From Candidatus Poribacteria bacterium (lineage in GTDB: Bacteria; Poribacteria; WGA-4E; JAJDTR01): a DNA stretch of 64,000 nt. The stretch is from assembly GCA_965222225.1 (NCBI GenBank), contig CBDCTK010000002.1:1120001-1184000 (forward strand), in the 5' to 3' direction. Both the position numbers and the translations under genes were made by a program. The notes beneath the pieces are model-generated. The model was given only the letters and a program-made list of their open reading frames with translations, was not told the origin of the DNA and ran no database searches. Shown here in pieces: positions 40,315 through 51,384 of this stretch (position 1 is the stretch's first letter; every line of letters starts with the position of its first letter).

Positions 40315-40989
40315 TCACCTGTGAGAGAAGACTATTACAAAAGGTGTCTTAATCAGCCACAAGAGATCGGAAGCTACGCTCTGTTTTTCAATATAAACAA
40401 GATCGATTTCAAGCTTTTTTGGCATTAACTGGGTGATGTAATACTGTTCAGGATCGGCCTGGCCCTCTAGCATTTTCTCTTCATCACGATTCGCGATCTG
40501 CGCCGGGCCGGTAATCCCTGGTCGAACCTGGAGCACCCGCTTCTGATTTTCAGTATAATAGTCCACGTATGCAGGTGCCTCAGGACGCGGGCCAATAATG
40601 CTCATGTCGCCCTTGATGACATTGAGGAACTGTGGAATCTCATCCCACTTCGTCCACCGTAGAAACCGGCCCAGTTTTGTAATCCGTGAATCACCGTAGA
40701 CTGTCAATCCTGCTCCGAGTGACTCGGCATTTGCGACCATAGTCCGAAATTTGTACATCTCAAAGATTCGCCCGCCTCGGCCAACGCGTTTTGCTCTATA
40801 AATGATTGGTCCGGGAGATTGGATGCGCGCCAATAATGCGCACAGTAGCACTAACGGTAGAAGACCAATCAATCCCAATGTTGCGAATGTAACATCCAGC
40901 CACCGTTTTGATGGACTCTGGGAAATGGATCGATTTGGTTTTCTACCGTCTCGAGATAGGTCAAGAGCTTCCCACTGCTGGCTTTTCAT
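40315..40989 (-). CDS. Bacterial sugar transferase (polyprenyl phosphoglycosyltransferase)
   Basis: KRWLD, RVG..G..F.MYKFRTM, DEIPQFLNVIKGDMSIIGPRP, RPGITG. Confidence 0.93.
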   Translation of the reverse strand: MKSQQWEALDLSRDGRKPNRSISQSPSKRWLDVTFATLGLIGLLPLVLLCALLARIQSPGPIIYRAKRVGRGGRIFEMYKFRTMVANAESLGAGLTVYGDSRITKLGRFLRWTKWDEIPQFLNVIKGDMSIIGPRPEAPAYVDYYTENQKRVLQVRPGITGPAQIANRDEEKMLEGQADPEQYYITQLMPKKLEIDLVYIEKQSVASDLLWLIKTPFVIVFSHR

Positions 40990-42967
40990 AGGATTTTCGG
41001 CCGATTGGAAGATTTATTACTTGAGGCTCAGATTGTCTCAATTTTTCAGCACTCATTTGGTCGATGAATGTCCTTTGAGGTTTGTAGGTTGGAACAATCT
41101 CCTGAAGTTTCGCGATAATGCCCTCGGTATCTAGCCGATCCGCCAATTCTTCCAAAGCACCAATCTGGGCAAGTAATTCCGTTTCCTCAATTGTCTCTAG
41201 CTGTCCAACGAAAATCCGTTGATGTTTTGTGGCGGTAACCCCCTCTTGCGGGGTTAAGAGTTCTTCGTACAGTTTTTCGCCGGGTTCCAATCCGGTAAAT
41301 TCAATCTTGATATCTTGGTTGACCTCAAGCCCGGATAATCGAATCAAATCTTGTGCCAGATCGAAAATTTTGATTGGTTCGCCCATATCCAAGATAAATA
41401 TCTCGCCCCCATTGCCCATAGCGCCTGCCTGAATAAGCAACTGTACCGATTCAGGAATCGTCATGAAGAACCGCGTGACCTCACGGTGTGTGACAGTAAC
41501 AGGTCCTCCTTTTGCTATCTGACGTTTGAAATTTGGTAAGACACTTCCACGACTGTCAATCACGTTCCCAAAGCGAACCGCGATGAAATCAGTCCCGTTA
41601 CGTTTCGCTTTGCTCTGAATCAACTTCTCAGTAACGCGTTTGGAGGCCCCCATTACACTAGTCGGATTGACCGCTTTGTCTGAAGATACCAAGATAAACG
41701 CCTGAACATGATGTTTAATCGCCGCATCAATAAGGCTTTTAGTGCCTAATATGTTGTTCTTCACGGCTTCGTCAGGATGTATCTCCATAAACTTGACATG
41801 TTTATGTGCCGCCGCATGGAATATGATATGCGGTCTATACTTCTTCATGATTCGATCAATCTTCGAACGGTCACGAATGTCGCCCACGATTACCGCACGG
41901 TTGACATTCGGGTCAGATTCGCTCAATTCTATGTCAATGTGATATAAGCTATTTTCGCCTCGTCCAACGAGGATAAGTAATTCAGGTTCAAATTTTGCCA
42001 CCTGTCGACAAAGTTCCGATCCAATTGAACCGCCGGCCCCGGTTACCATTACACGTTTGCCGGATAAGTACTTCGAAACCTCTGCCAAGTCAATGGGGGA
42101 AGTTGAACGATTGAGCAAATCTTCGACCCTGACATCCCTAATCTGGCTAATACTCACATGCCCATCAAGGATTGCATGGATGCTCGGAACAATTTTGAAT
42201 TTACACCCTTTATATTTATGTTGTCGGACGATTTCGCGAACCTTACTCTCCGACGCAGAAGGCATTGCAATAACAATTTCATCAATTTGTCGCTTGCGCA
42301 CAATATAAGCCAATTCACGCGTCGTACCAAGGACCTCAAGTCCTTGAATGCTCTGTCCTACCTTCTCACGGTTATCAGTAACAAATCCAACAGGTAAATA
42401 CCCTTTTTCCGGATGATTGCGTATTTCGCGCAACACTCCAATGCCTGCCTCGCCCGTCCCAACAATTAGCACTCTAATCCAGGGGGTTGCGACTTGTTTC
42501 TTTCGATATTCCTCCAAAATACGTAGGGAATATTTCGCCAATCCTATAAGAACAATATTATATAACCCATCCATTGAAAACAATACCCACGAATGGAGAA
42601 GATTTCCGGAGAATTGGATGACCCGGAGGAAATCCGCAACATAAGGAACAAGAATTAACGCAAAGGTCCCACAGATTATAGCACTGATCAGGGAAAGGAA
42701 TTCTCGAACGCTCGCGTATCGCCAGACCGGTTTGTAGAGCCTAAAAACCAAGAATGCACCCAGACGAACTACGGTAATGATTACTGCCGAGATCGCGAAG
42801 GAATGTTGAAGTAGTTGGGACTGTCCCGCCTCACCTTGATGCTTGATTGATGCGATCAAATCAACTCCCAGTGATTTGCACGTGTGATATGCTACTAAGA
42901 AGGCAAGATTAATCAGACAGACATCAACAACAATCGAAGTTATCAATCTTTTCTTGGATTTCGGCAT
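40961..42967 (-). CDS. CapD/PglF-type nucleotide-sugar 4,6-dehydratase
   Basis: TM N-terminus, TGAGGSIGSEL, HAAAHKHV, SSDKAVNPTSVMGASK, VRFGNV, PGEKLYEEL. Confidence 0.94.
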   Translation of the reverse strand: MPKSKKRLITSIVVDVCLINLAFLVAYHTCKSLGVDLIASIKHQGEAGQSQLLQHSFAISAVIITVVRLGAFLVFRLYKPVWRYASVREFLSLISAIICGTFALILVPYVADFLRVIQFSGNLLHSWVLFSMDGLYNIVLIGLAKYSLRILEEYRKKQVATPWIRVLIVGTGEAGIGVLREIRNHPEKGYLPVGFVTDNREKVGQSIQGLEVLGTTRELAYIVRKRQIDEIVIAMPSASESKVREIVRQHKYKGCKFKIVPSIHAILDGHVSISQIRDVRVEDLLNRSTSPIDLAEVSKYLSGKRVMVTGAGGSIGSELCRQVAKFEPELLILVGRGENSLYHIDIELSESDPNVNRAVIVGDIRDRSKIDRIMKKYRPHIIFHAAAHKHVKFMEIHPDEAVKNNILGTKSLIDAAIKHHVQAFILVSSDKAVNPTSVMGASKRVTEKLIQSKAKRNGTDFIAVRFGNVIDSRGSVLPNFKRQIAKGGPVTVTHREVTRFFMTIPESVQLLIQAGAMGNGGEIFILDMGEPIKIFDLAQDLIRLSGLEVNQDIKIEFTGLEPGEKLYEELLTPQEGVTATKHQRIFVGQLETIEETELLAQIGALEELADRLDTEGIIAKLQEIVPTYKPQRTFIDQMSAEKLRQSEPQVINLPIGRKSYEKPAVGSS

Positions 42968-43225
42968 ATTCCGTCCTTAATGTTAGTTGAATCGCTTAAA
43001 TGCTAGTTTGCCGCAGCTACTTTAATTATGCTTAGACAGTTTTTCCCATGCGATAGGCTGTGCAATCCCGGGTTACTAATACCGCCTTCGCCGCGTTGAC
43101 GAAACAGCAACCAGTTGCTTAGTCATCAACATCGTAGAGAAAGACACCAATATACACCAGTTGCTTTGTTGAGGTACCGTAACGCGTGTTGTTTGGTTAT
43201 CGAACTTCACAATTGCTAAATTATT

Positions 43226-44404
43226 TCAGCAACAAATCTGAGAGTAAACTCCTTCCAACCGTTCTACTAAGACATCCCAACCATATTTTTCCTCGACGAG
43301 ACGTCGGCCTGCAGTACCAACCGCCTGACGATAATCCGGTGATTCAATTAAGTCATTGATGTGTTTTGCGAATGCTTCAGGGGTGTCACCAACTAAAAGG
43401 TCTTTTCCGACCCGCGCGTCCAACCCCATAGCGCCTAGAGAAGATGTGACAACCGGGACTCCCATTGCCATTGCTTCCAAATTTTTAACCTGCAAACCTG
43501 AACCTGCACGCATCGGCGAAACGAACACGGCGGCATCATCAAAGTATGGTCGTGTTTCGGGCACATATCCTGTGACGACAGTATTTTTGTGACTTACCAG
43601 CTTTCGAATTCGGTTCGGAGGGGCACTACCCACAACATAGAAAACAGTTTCCGGATGCGTCTCTTGCACTAGTGGGAAAACTTCCGTGTGAAAATACAGC
43701 ACTGCATCCCAATTTGGGAAATAGTTCATTGTGCCAGTAAATAGGATATGAGGCAGGTACTCGGTTGAGGATGGTTGGAAATGCTCTAAGTCGACCCCCA
43801 TTGGTACCACTGACAATTTTAGCGAGCCGTCCTGCTTTAGCAAATAGTCTCTATCGATCGGAGCCGCAACGGTACCCCAATCAAATGAATTCATTATCTC
43901 AACTTCATAGTGCCGAACTCGCCTTGCTTCCAGTTTCACCAGAGTACGTATTAAGTCTCTATCAAGAACGGCACGACGACTTAAGTTTAGCCCAAGCGAA
44001 TCACAAAGATCTAACATCTTCGGAACGCCTTGAACGTGCCGAACATATTGTCCCATGCGAAACAACTGCGCATGAATCAAATCATAGCTGTGTTGATCCA
44101 ACAGTCGATCAATCGCCCGTTGCATCTGAGGAACATACCAGTAGTAAACTTGCAACGGGCTGTTAGACAAGCAATGCAATAGAGAATTTAATCGAGCTCT
44201 ACCATGGTGAAATCGCACTGATTCGACCCGATCGCAGAAAGACTGCAAATGTTTGACATAGGCTACTTCTTGATCTGATTCGAAAAATGAGACAACAGTG
44301 ACGGAATGATGTCGGGCAAGTTGTTTGATGAAATGGTAAGCGCGAATTCGATCGCCCCGATGAGGCGGGTACGGAAATCTAAGGCTCAAGAATAGAATCT
44401 TCAT
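43226..44404 (-). CDS. GT4 glycosyltransferase
   Basis: MKILFLS.RFPYPPHRGDRIR, FTGTMNYFPN, GSGLQVKNLEAMAMGVPVV. Confidence 0.9.
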   Translation of the reverse strand: MKILFLSLRFPYPPHRGDRIRAYHFIKQLARHHSVTVVSFFESDQEVAYVKHLQSFCDRVESVRFHHGRARLNSLLHCLSNSPLQVYYWYVPQMQRAIDRLLDQHSYDLIHAQLFRMGQYVRHVQGVPKMLDLCDSLGLNLSRRAVLDRDLIRTLVKLEARRVRHYEVEIMNSFDWGTVAAPIDRDYLLKQDGSLKLSVVPMGVDLEHFQPSSTEYLPHILFTGTMNYFPNWDAVLYFHTEVFPLVQETHPETVFYVVGSAPPNRIRKLVSHKNTVVTGYVPETRPYFDDAAVFVSPMRAGSGLQVKNLEAMAMGVPVVTSSLGAMGLDARVGKDLLVGDTPEAFAKHINDLIESPDYRQAVGTAGRRLVEEKYGWDVLVERLEGVYSQICC

Positions 44405-44471
44405 GCGAGAAAAGTGAAACACAAACCCCAAGCTCGCCCTATAAAGTAGTTCACAACGCACTCTTCGCCAT

Positions 44472-44663
44472 TTACGCGGCGGGCATCTCAGCTTCGTCAA
44501 TTAGCATAACAGGGATACCATCTCGAATGGGATAACGACGCTGGCACTCACCGACACATATTAGCTTTTGATTCTTAGAGTCGTATTCAATATCACCTTT
44601 ACAAGCGGGACAAGCCAGAATCTGAAGTAATTCTTGACTAATTGTTTCTTCCTGTGAAGTCAA
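44472..44663 (-). CDS. Trm112/YcaR family protein
   Basis: LLQILACPACKG, LIC, YPIRDGIPVMLIDEA. Confidence 0.9.
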   Translation of the reverse strand: MTSQEETISQELLQILACPACKGDIEYDSKNQKLICVGECQRRYPIRDGIPVMLIDEAEMPAA

Positions 44664-44790
44664 TATATCCCTCCGGAAATTTTACATAATACATGGTATA
44701 CTAGGTGAGAAAAACAATCAAGCATAAAATAGCAAGCCTAGACTGATATGTTCCCTGTGTCCTCATCCCACGTCTTCAATGTTGCGTTAC

Positions 44791-47499
44791 CTACTTCCCA
44801 TGACACCGTTTATACTTCTTTCCGCTGCCACAAGGACAAGGCTTATTGCGACCAACCTTGGGAAGACTCCCCATGGCTTCCTGAGTAGCAAATTCAGCAG
44901 ACGAGGGAGATTCTTCTCCACTGGACTGCGACGGTATTGACCGTCGCCTACGGGACACGTCAGCTTGTCGCGAGTTACGCTGAGGTACAGCACGCTTCGG
45001 TGCTTCAACATCAAGATGTACTTTGAAGATGTATTCGCTGGTCTCTTCTTCAATTCGCTGATACATCGCTTCAAAAACATTGAAGGCTTCGTTCTTGAAA
45101 ACTACTATTGGGTCCTTACCCCCATAGCTACGAAGATGAATCCCTTCTTCAATATAATCGATATTGTATAAATGATCTTTCCAATGGCTGTCGATGCGAT
45201 CCAAGAGCAAAAGCCGTTCGAGAGTCCGCATCTGTTCTGCCCCCATCTCTGCTTCGCGTCTTTCGTAAGCTGATTGAAGCGTTTCAATCAATTGTTCGCG
45301 AAGTTGTGGAAGACTCATCTCTGCTACCGGAGTCTCCCACGCTGCGAAATCAATAGGAAAAGTCTGTGCAAGCCATTTCGTGATGCTCTCCAGCTCTTCT
45401 TGCTCCGACCCTTCCGCCGGTAGGTCCACCTCTAACCTGTCATCCAGCACGTTCTCAATCATGCCCCAAATTGTCGTCCTGAGGTTTTCACCCTCAAGGA
45501 TACTATTACGTAGGTCGTAGACGGTTTGGCGCTGCGTGTTCATCACATCATCGAATTTGAGTACGTTCTTGCGGATCTCAAAGTGTCTCTCTTCCACACG
45601 AGATTGGGCTTTCTCAATGGCTTTGGAGACCCAGGGGTGTTCAATCGGAATATCCTCTTCCATGCCTACCCGGTCCATCATGCCTGATAATCGGTCCGAC
45701 CCGAACTTGCGCATGAGATCGTCCTCTAACGACAGATAGAAGCGGGATGAACCGACATCCCCTTGTCGCCCCGATCTGCCACGCAATTGATTGTCAATCC
45801 GTCGAGAATCATGCCGCTCGGTGCCAATAATGTGCAATCCGCTCGCCTTCAACACTTCTTCACGTTTCTTTTCACAAGCCGCCTCCGCCTCCTCGTAAGC
45901 CGCCTTCCATTCATCCGAATCTTCGTCAATGGCGTCTGCTTCAATATTGCGCTTGCGAAGAATCTCTTTGACCATGCCGTCAGGATTTCCGCCCAGCAAA
46001 ATGTCAACTCCTCGTCCTGCCATATTAGTGGCAATTGTAACGGTTCCTGGTGTGCCAGCTTGGGCAATAATCTCTGCTTCGCGAGCGTGCTCCTTGGCAT
46101 TCAACACCTGATGTCGTATGTCTCGCTGCCTAGCCTTAAGCAGTGTACTCAATTTCTCGGACTTCTCAATGGATATTGTTCCCACCAATACCGGACGTCC
46201 TTTTTCATGTTGTTCCACGATATCATTGATGATCGCCCGGCATTTCGCTTCTTCTGTTTTGTATATCTGATCTGAATAATCCTCCCGAATCATCGGTTCG
46301 TTTGTGGGCACTACAACGACATCCAACTTGTAGATATGTCCAAATTCTGCGGACTCCGTTTCGGCGGTTCCCGTCATCCCCGCCAGTTTTTCATACATGC
46401 GAAAAAAGTTCTGATAGGTAATGCTTGCGCCGGTTTGGCTTTCCTGTACAATTCGAACACGCTCCTTGGCTTCGATAGCTTGGTGAAGTCCTCCACTCAG
46501 TCGTCTTCCAGGCTGTTTTCGACCTGTAAACTCATCCACGAGGACAACCTCCCCGTGCTCAACGAGATAGTCCACATCACGCTGGTATAGGTGATGAGCG
46601 ATTAACGATTGATTTACATGATGAACGAGTTCCATGTTCGTGTGATCGTATAAATCCGTTACACCGAGCAGGCACTGCATCTCTTCAACACCCTCCTCCG
46701 TCAGCGCAACGGAACCGCGCTTACTGCTCTTTTCATCAATCTCATGATGCTCATCCGCCTTAAGCCGAACTACTGCACGGTTAATCTTTGTGTAGAGCTC
46801 AACGGGTTCGCCATAGGGCTCTGAAATGATTAATGGCACACGAGCTTCATCAATCAGAATGCTATCGACCTCATCAAGAATCGCATAGTGATGACCTCGT
46901 TGTACTTTTGCGTCAATGTATGATGCTTTATTGTCCCAGAGGTAGTCAAAACCAAACTCACTGTGGACGCCATATGTAATGTCTGCTTTGTACCCAAGCT
47001 TTTTTTGCTCGTGAGGCATCATACTAATGGTCAAGCCGACCGAAAGACCGAGGAAGTTATAGATTTTCCCCATCCATTCCGCGTCGCGCCTCGCAAGATA
47101 ATCATTTACAGTGGCAACATCAACCCCATTGCCTGTTAGTGCATTTAGGTAGACAGGAAGTGTTGAAGTCAGAGTTTTACCTTCGCCGGTTTTCATTTCG
47201 GCGATACAACCCTGATGGAGCGCGGCCCCGCCCATTATCTGGACATCGTAGTGACGTTGGCCCAGCGTTCGCACAGCGGCTTCTCGCACCACCGCAAAAG
47301 CCTCGGGGAGAAGATTGTCAAGTGACTCTCCCACATCAAGTTTCTCCCGAAAATGTGCCGTCTTCGATTGAAGTTCGGAATCAGTTAAGCGTTTCGTTTC
47401 GGCCTCTCTTTGATTCACCGCGTTGATTATCGGTTGAAATTGCTTGAAATCTCGACCTTGTTTGCTTCCAAGAAATTTGGTTAAAATCTTCTGAAACAT
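44791..47499 (-). CDS. secA: Preprotein translocase ATPase SecA
   Basis: [65 protein letters not shown]. Confidence 0.98.
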   Translation of the reverse strand: MFQKILTKFLGSKQGRDFKQFQPIINAVNQREAETKRLTDSELQSKTAHFREKLDVGESLDNLLPEAFAVVREAAVRTLGQRHYDVQIMGGAALHQGCIAEMKTGEGKTLTSTLPVYLNALTGNGVDVATVNDYLARRDAEWMGKIYNFLGLSVGLTISMMPHEQKKLGYKADITYGVHSEFGFDYLWDNKASYIDAKVQRGHHYAILDEVDSILIDEARVPLIISEPYGEPVELYTKINRAVVRLKADEHHEIDEKSSKRGSVALTEEGVEEMQCLLGVTDLYDHTNMELVHHVNQSLIAHHLYQRDVDYLVEHGEVVLVDEFTGRKQPGRRLSGGLHQAIEAKERVRIVQESQTGASITYQNFFRMYEKLAGMTGTAETESAEFGHIYKLDVVVVPTNEPMIREDYSDQIYKTEEAKCRAIINDIVEQHEKGRPVLVGTISIEKSEKLSTLLKARQRDIRHQVLNAKEHAREAEIIAQAGTPGTVTIATNMAGRGVDILLGGNPDGMVKEILRKRNIEADAIDEDSDEWKAAYEEAEAACEKKREEVLKASGLHIIGTERHDSRRIDNQLRGRSGRQGDVGSSRFYLSLEDDLMRKFGSDRLSGMMDRVGMEEDIPIEHPWVSKAIEKAQSRVEERHFEIRKNVLKFDDVMNTQRQTVYDLRNSILEGENLRTTIWGMIENVLDDRLEVDLPAEGSEQEELESITKWLAQTFPIDFAAWETPVAEMSLPQLREQLIETLQSAYERREAEMGAEQMRTLERLLLLDRIDSHWKDHLYNIDYIEEGIHLRSYGGKDPIVVFKNEAFNVFEAMYQRIEEETSEYIFKVHLDVEAPKRAVPQRNSRQADVSRRRRSIPSQSSGEESPSSAEFATQEAMGSLPKVGRNKPCPCGSGKKYKRCHGK

Positions 47500-47958
47500 A
47501 AAACATCATCCCCTTCTTATCTCATAGCGCACCACGCAATGTCTGAGGGATAATAAAGACCTAACATATAGTTCCACATTTACCGTACCAGAACAATGGA
47601 GCAAGTCCTCAATATCTTGATTTTCATCTCTTGGGCAGCACTCCTCGGATTCAGTCGAACTATATATTCACTGTCAGTCTGAGCGATAGCACATCGTTTC
47701 TCACCGTTTTACTTGCTCAACTGTGCTTCGACTCGCGGATTTAATTTTTTCTCCGCGTCATGGTATATATACGGCTAAGGTTGCTCCCGTCACTTCCGCG
47801 TCACAGTTTCGCTGAAAGGAAGACCGTCGACCTTGTTAGAAATCCGCCTCACTCAACCATTTAGCCTTCAAGGGTAATTTCGAGAGTACAAAATTCCACC
47901 TTTTTCCACTGTTCGGAGACGAAACCTGCTAAGTTGCACAATCTTCAATGATTTCCGT

Positions 47959-49146
47959 CTACGCGCCAGACTGAGTTTCAGATGACCCCTCAGTCGCTTC
48001 CTTTTCTTGCGACACTTCATCGTCCGGGAAAGAGTCTTCTTCCTCTTCAGCTTCTAGCAAATTTTCACCGTCAGACCGTCTCCGCAATACCGCATAGATG
48101 ATTGTATTTCCTACCGAAGAAATTGAGAAGAGATATGCCAAAATTAGTCCTACTACAAATAATAGGGACAAGGTTATGAAGATTGATGTGAGAGTCACAA
48201 AAAAATTATCAAACATCGACAACTGAGCCCCGGAGACATTCGAAGGCGCGATTGTATCGAATACACCTAAATTCCGAAGAAGTGGTAGTGCGGATATTTC
48301 ATTCATCAACTTACCAAGCCACTTGTTCGCATTTCCCATAATAAGAATCATGTCCTCAGGTAAGAGATAACGAATCGGCAACATCACCAAGCTGAGACCG
48401 AACAAGCAAGAAATCATCCAAACCGGTACGCAGATTAATTTAAGACCAAATAAGAGGAATTCATAAACCATGATTCGCCACGGCTGGTTCCAAACGATAG
48501 AAAAATGCTGATAGATAGTTTCAAAGGTATCCGTGTCAGCGGCAGCAACGATGGCGGGAACGAAGAACAGGCTTACACTCAGAATCACAAGCAGATAAAC
48601 CATCAGCAATCCAAGGAAAAATGCAAACGGCATTAGCAGAGATGAGAACGTTACGACAACTCTTCCAGCCCACGGAATCTTGCCGAGTAAACCTACGACA
48701 ATCGGCACTAGCATGCAAAGAACGAAAATAACAATTAGTCCTACGAACGCTCCGAAGACAGCTTTCCAATGGTGCTTCAAGAACGACGCGGCTTCCTTCA
48801 TCGAAAAGAAAGTGTCGCCCCGCAACTGCTGTATCGTGATTTTTGACACCATCGTGCTCGTTGAAAAGAAGATGACGAAGAAAACCAACAAACCCAACCA
48901 CATAGCTCCAACTGTAACGGGATTTAACGCATAATCCACAATGGGGCAAACCGGAACTAGCGCGTATTCATTCCAGAAATCCTCTAGCGCATTTCCTCCA
49001 ACAATCAAGAGGCTGACATACACAATCACCTCGTAAATCAGATACGCAAGTACAAGACCGATGAAATGAACCGTGAGTTTTTTGCCACTAAATCCGTAGC
49101 GTCCAGCTCGAAAAACGTCCCTAAAGTCAAAGTGAAATTCGCTCAT
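47959..49146 (-). CDS. Hypothetical multi-pass membrane protein
   Basis: Several long hydrophobic segments and an acidic tail; upstream TTGACA-18-TATTAT on the minus strand. Confidence 0.75.
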   Translation of the reverse strand: MSEFHFDFRDVFRAGRYGFSGKKLTVHFIGLVLAYLIYEVIVYVSLLIVGGNALEDFWNEYALVPVCPIVDYALNPVTVGAMWLGLLVFFVIFFSTSTMVSKITIQQLRGDTFFSMKEAASFLKHHWKAVFGAFVGLIVIFVLCMLVPIVVGLLGKIPWAGRVVVTFSSLLMPFAFFLGLLMVYLLVILSVSLFFVPAIVAAADTDTFETIYQHFSIVWNQPWRIMVYEFLLFGLKLICVPVWMISCLFGLSLVMLPIRYLLPEDMILIMGNANKWLGKLMNEISALPLLRNLGVFDTIAPSNVSGAQLSMFDNFFVTLTSIFITLSLLFVVGLILAYLFSISSVGNTIIYAVLRRRSDGENLLEAEEEEDSFPDDEVSQEKEATEGSSETQSGA

Positions 49147-49484
49147 TGGTAGTCCCTTCTCTTGCCGTTGGAAACTCATCTCTCAGCCAGATTTGTTACA
49201 AGAATTGACCGAAATTCTTGCCGAACAAAGATTTAAGAACTTATCAGTACGTATAATACAACAAATTGCGGTTTTCTGTCAACAGCATCCTTATCTGTTA
49301 TGACTTCTCATTAAGGCTGTGGCGTGGGTTTAGACCCACTAATTTTCCGAAATCGCTAGCTTAACAAAAAGCCATGAGGTTTGAGGGAGTTACAGTCAAA
49401 AGCAAGTGTTTCGATATGAGTACGCAGGTTAGCCTCCACTGTAGAATATCTGCGTGCTGTCACCAGACCCGCTAATACGCCAAT

Positions 49485-50663
49485 TTAACGTGTCGTTGAT
49501 ATTCCCTCGTCTTGTGTATATCGATTATATTTCTCCATCAATGCACGCAAACGATCGAGGGGAATTGCATGAACGACATTTCCATTCCTTCCAACAGTAG
49601 TAACTGCCATCGTCATGGCGTTAATAACGGCTTCCTCCGTAGCTTCAATGACGCCTTGATAGAAGACATCCATTCGATTGTTACAAAGCATTTTGACTGA
49701 CAGTAGACTAGCCTCGGACGATGAGGACACCGTGTTGCCGGTCGAAAAAGCTACTACGAATTCGCCGCTGCTAACTGTACTTGGTGTACCTGTCCGCGCG
49801 AGTCCGTGAGTTGCTCGCTGGGCAAGACTCAATAGCTGTCGATGTGCAAGAGGCGCGTCTGTGGCAACAACGATGATGAATGAACCATCTCGATGGCGCT
49901 TTGGTGTCAAATCGGTGATTTCTTCTCCAACAGGAACGCCGTCAATTCGGAGTTGATGACGACGACCGCCGTTAGCATTGACTAACACCCCTACGGTATA
50001 CGTCTGATCTGCCACTTTCAGCACGCGCGATGCGGTGCCAATTCCCGCCTTGAATCCGTAAGAACGCATTCCCGTGCCAGCGCCGACACATCCTTGCGAC
50101 ACAGGACCTGTGGCAGCATTTTCGATTGCCTCAATAGCATGTTCAGCCATAACATGAAGCCCGCTAATATCATTGAGTCCGCCATCGTAGCATTCAGCGA
50201 CTATGGGCAGAATAATGTGAGATTGTGGATATCGCTTGATCGTATATCGCACTACCCCGTCGTGGACTGCCCCGATACTGAGTGTATTGGTGAGCATGAT
50301 GGGCGACTCAATCAAGCCGGACTCGTTGACCCAAGCAAGTCCGGTTACTTCGCCGTTTCCATTGATAACATGAGCAGCACCAAATACTCGATTTAACCAA
50401 ATGTCATCACGTGGAATTATTGCGGTAACGCCAGTGCGGACACTGTCTCCAACATTCAAAGTAACATGACCGACCTTTACCCCGGCGACATCGGTAATCG
50501 CATTGTGTTTTCCCGGTTCGTATATTCCAATCCGAATTCCAAGATCGCACGCCGATGCTCTTGACTCGGACGGCAACCTACTTTGGCACACGGGCGTAAA
50601 GACAAGATGAAGGATTAGAGGATACATCATTGAGATGAGCAGATTCCGAATTCGCGTTTTCAT
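49485..50663 (-). CDS. dmpA: DmpA/P1 family aminopeptidase (peptidase S58)
   Basis: NAITDVAGVKVGH, TGVT, NGNGE, ECYDG.LND, VGAGTGM, DGS cleavage site then IIVVATDAPL. Confidence 0.92.
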   Translation of the reverse strand: MKTRIRNLLISMMYPLILHLVFTPVCQSRLPSESRASACDLGIRIGIYEPGKHNAITDVAGVKVGHVTLNVGDSVRTGVTAIIPRDDIWLNRVFGAAHVINGNGEVTGLAWVNESGLIESPIMLTNTLSIGAVHDGVVRYTIKRYPQSHIILPIVAECYDGGLNDISGLHVMAEHAIEAIENAATGPVSQGCVGAGTGMRSYGFKAGIGTASRVLKVADQTYTVGVLVNANGGRRHQLRIDGVPVGEEITDLTPKRHRDGSFIIVVATDAPLAHRQLLSLAQRATHGLARTGTPSTVSSGEFVVAFSTGNTVSSSSEASLLSVKMLCNNRMDVFYQGVIEATEEAVINAMTMAVTTVGRNGNVVHAIPLDRLRALMEKYNRYTQDEGISTTR

Positions 50664-50678
50664 AGAATGTCCCTGTAT

Positions 50679-51239
50679 CTAAACCGGGTGTGCGCTCAAT
50701 CCTTTTTCTTGCAGCTGTCCTAAATAGATTTGGCGAATTTGATTGAAAATCTCAATATACGCAGGTGTGCGGTAATCCGGGTAAGTCCACTCCCAAGGCT
50801 GGAAGGTTTTGTCACGGAATTTTAACGTATTTTCGGCGTAGATGCCGTTCTGAAGATGGATACGATGGGCATGATCCTTCGTGGATGCGAGAACTAGCTT
50901 GGCAGCAGAGATATAGCCGGGATCGAGATTCACTCGGCGACGTGTCGTCTCGTTTTCTGCAAAATAGCGTTCAACCGCGTTCGAAAAGTACTTCGCTGCT
51001 GCAAGTTCATCTGGTAGGGTGAGTCGATCGAAACTAATGAACTGACGTTGCAACTCCCGGCCCATCTCCTTTTTATAGTAGGCTGTGTAGTCAAAAGGCA
51101 TAAGCCGCCCTTTAAAGTCGATTTCGCCAAATCGCTCTTCCAATTTGAGGTACACTGCCTCCAGAAGATTCGTGTTAGCGGTGATGACACCAACTATTAG
51201 CTTGACGAACGAAGGCGGTTTAATCTGTCCCACAGTCAA
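50679..51239 (-). CDS. DUF4416 family protein
   Basis: YYKKEMG, RRVNLDPGY, LASTKDHAHRIHL..GIYAE, WTYPDY. Confidence 0.88.
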   Translation of the reverse strand: MTVGQIKPPSFVKLIVGVITANTNLLEAVYLKLEERFGEIDFKGRLMPFDYTAYYKKEMGRELQRQFISFDRLTLPDELAAAKYFSNAVERYFAENETTRRRVNLDPGYISAAKLVLASTKDHAHRIHLQNGIYAENTLKFRDKTFQPWEWTYPDYRTPAYIEIFNQIRQIYLGQLQEKGLSAHPV

Positions 51240-51384
51240 GTGTTCAAAATTTTGAAGCCAAAAAATGTTGATAAAACTCTAGTAAAGCGTTAACAACGAC
51301 CACGGTACCATTAGGAAGGTGATATGCATATTGAATGGACACGCGGTCTTCCACTAAACATGCTAGTCTAGTTTTCCAATCCTG

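Noticed and set aside
43075-43170. ops/JUMPstart-like GGCGGTA and a repeated ACCAGTTGCTT upstream of the capD-like gene
   Set aside because: Incomplete match to ops (GGCGGTAG) and only an 11-bp repeat; too weak to call.
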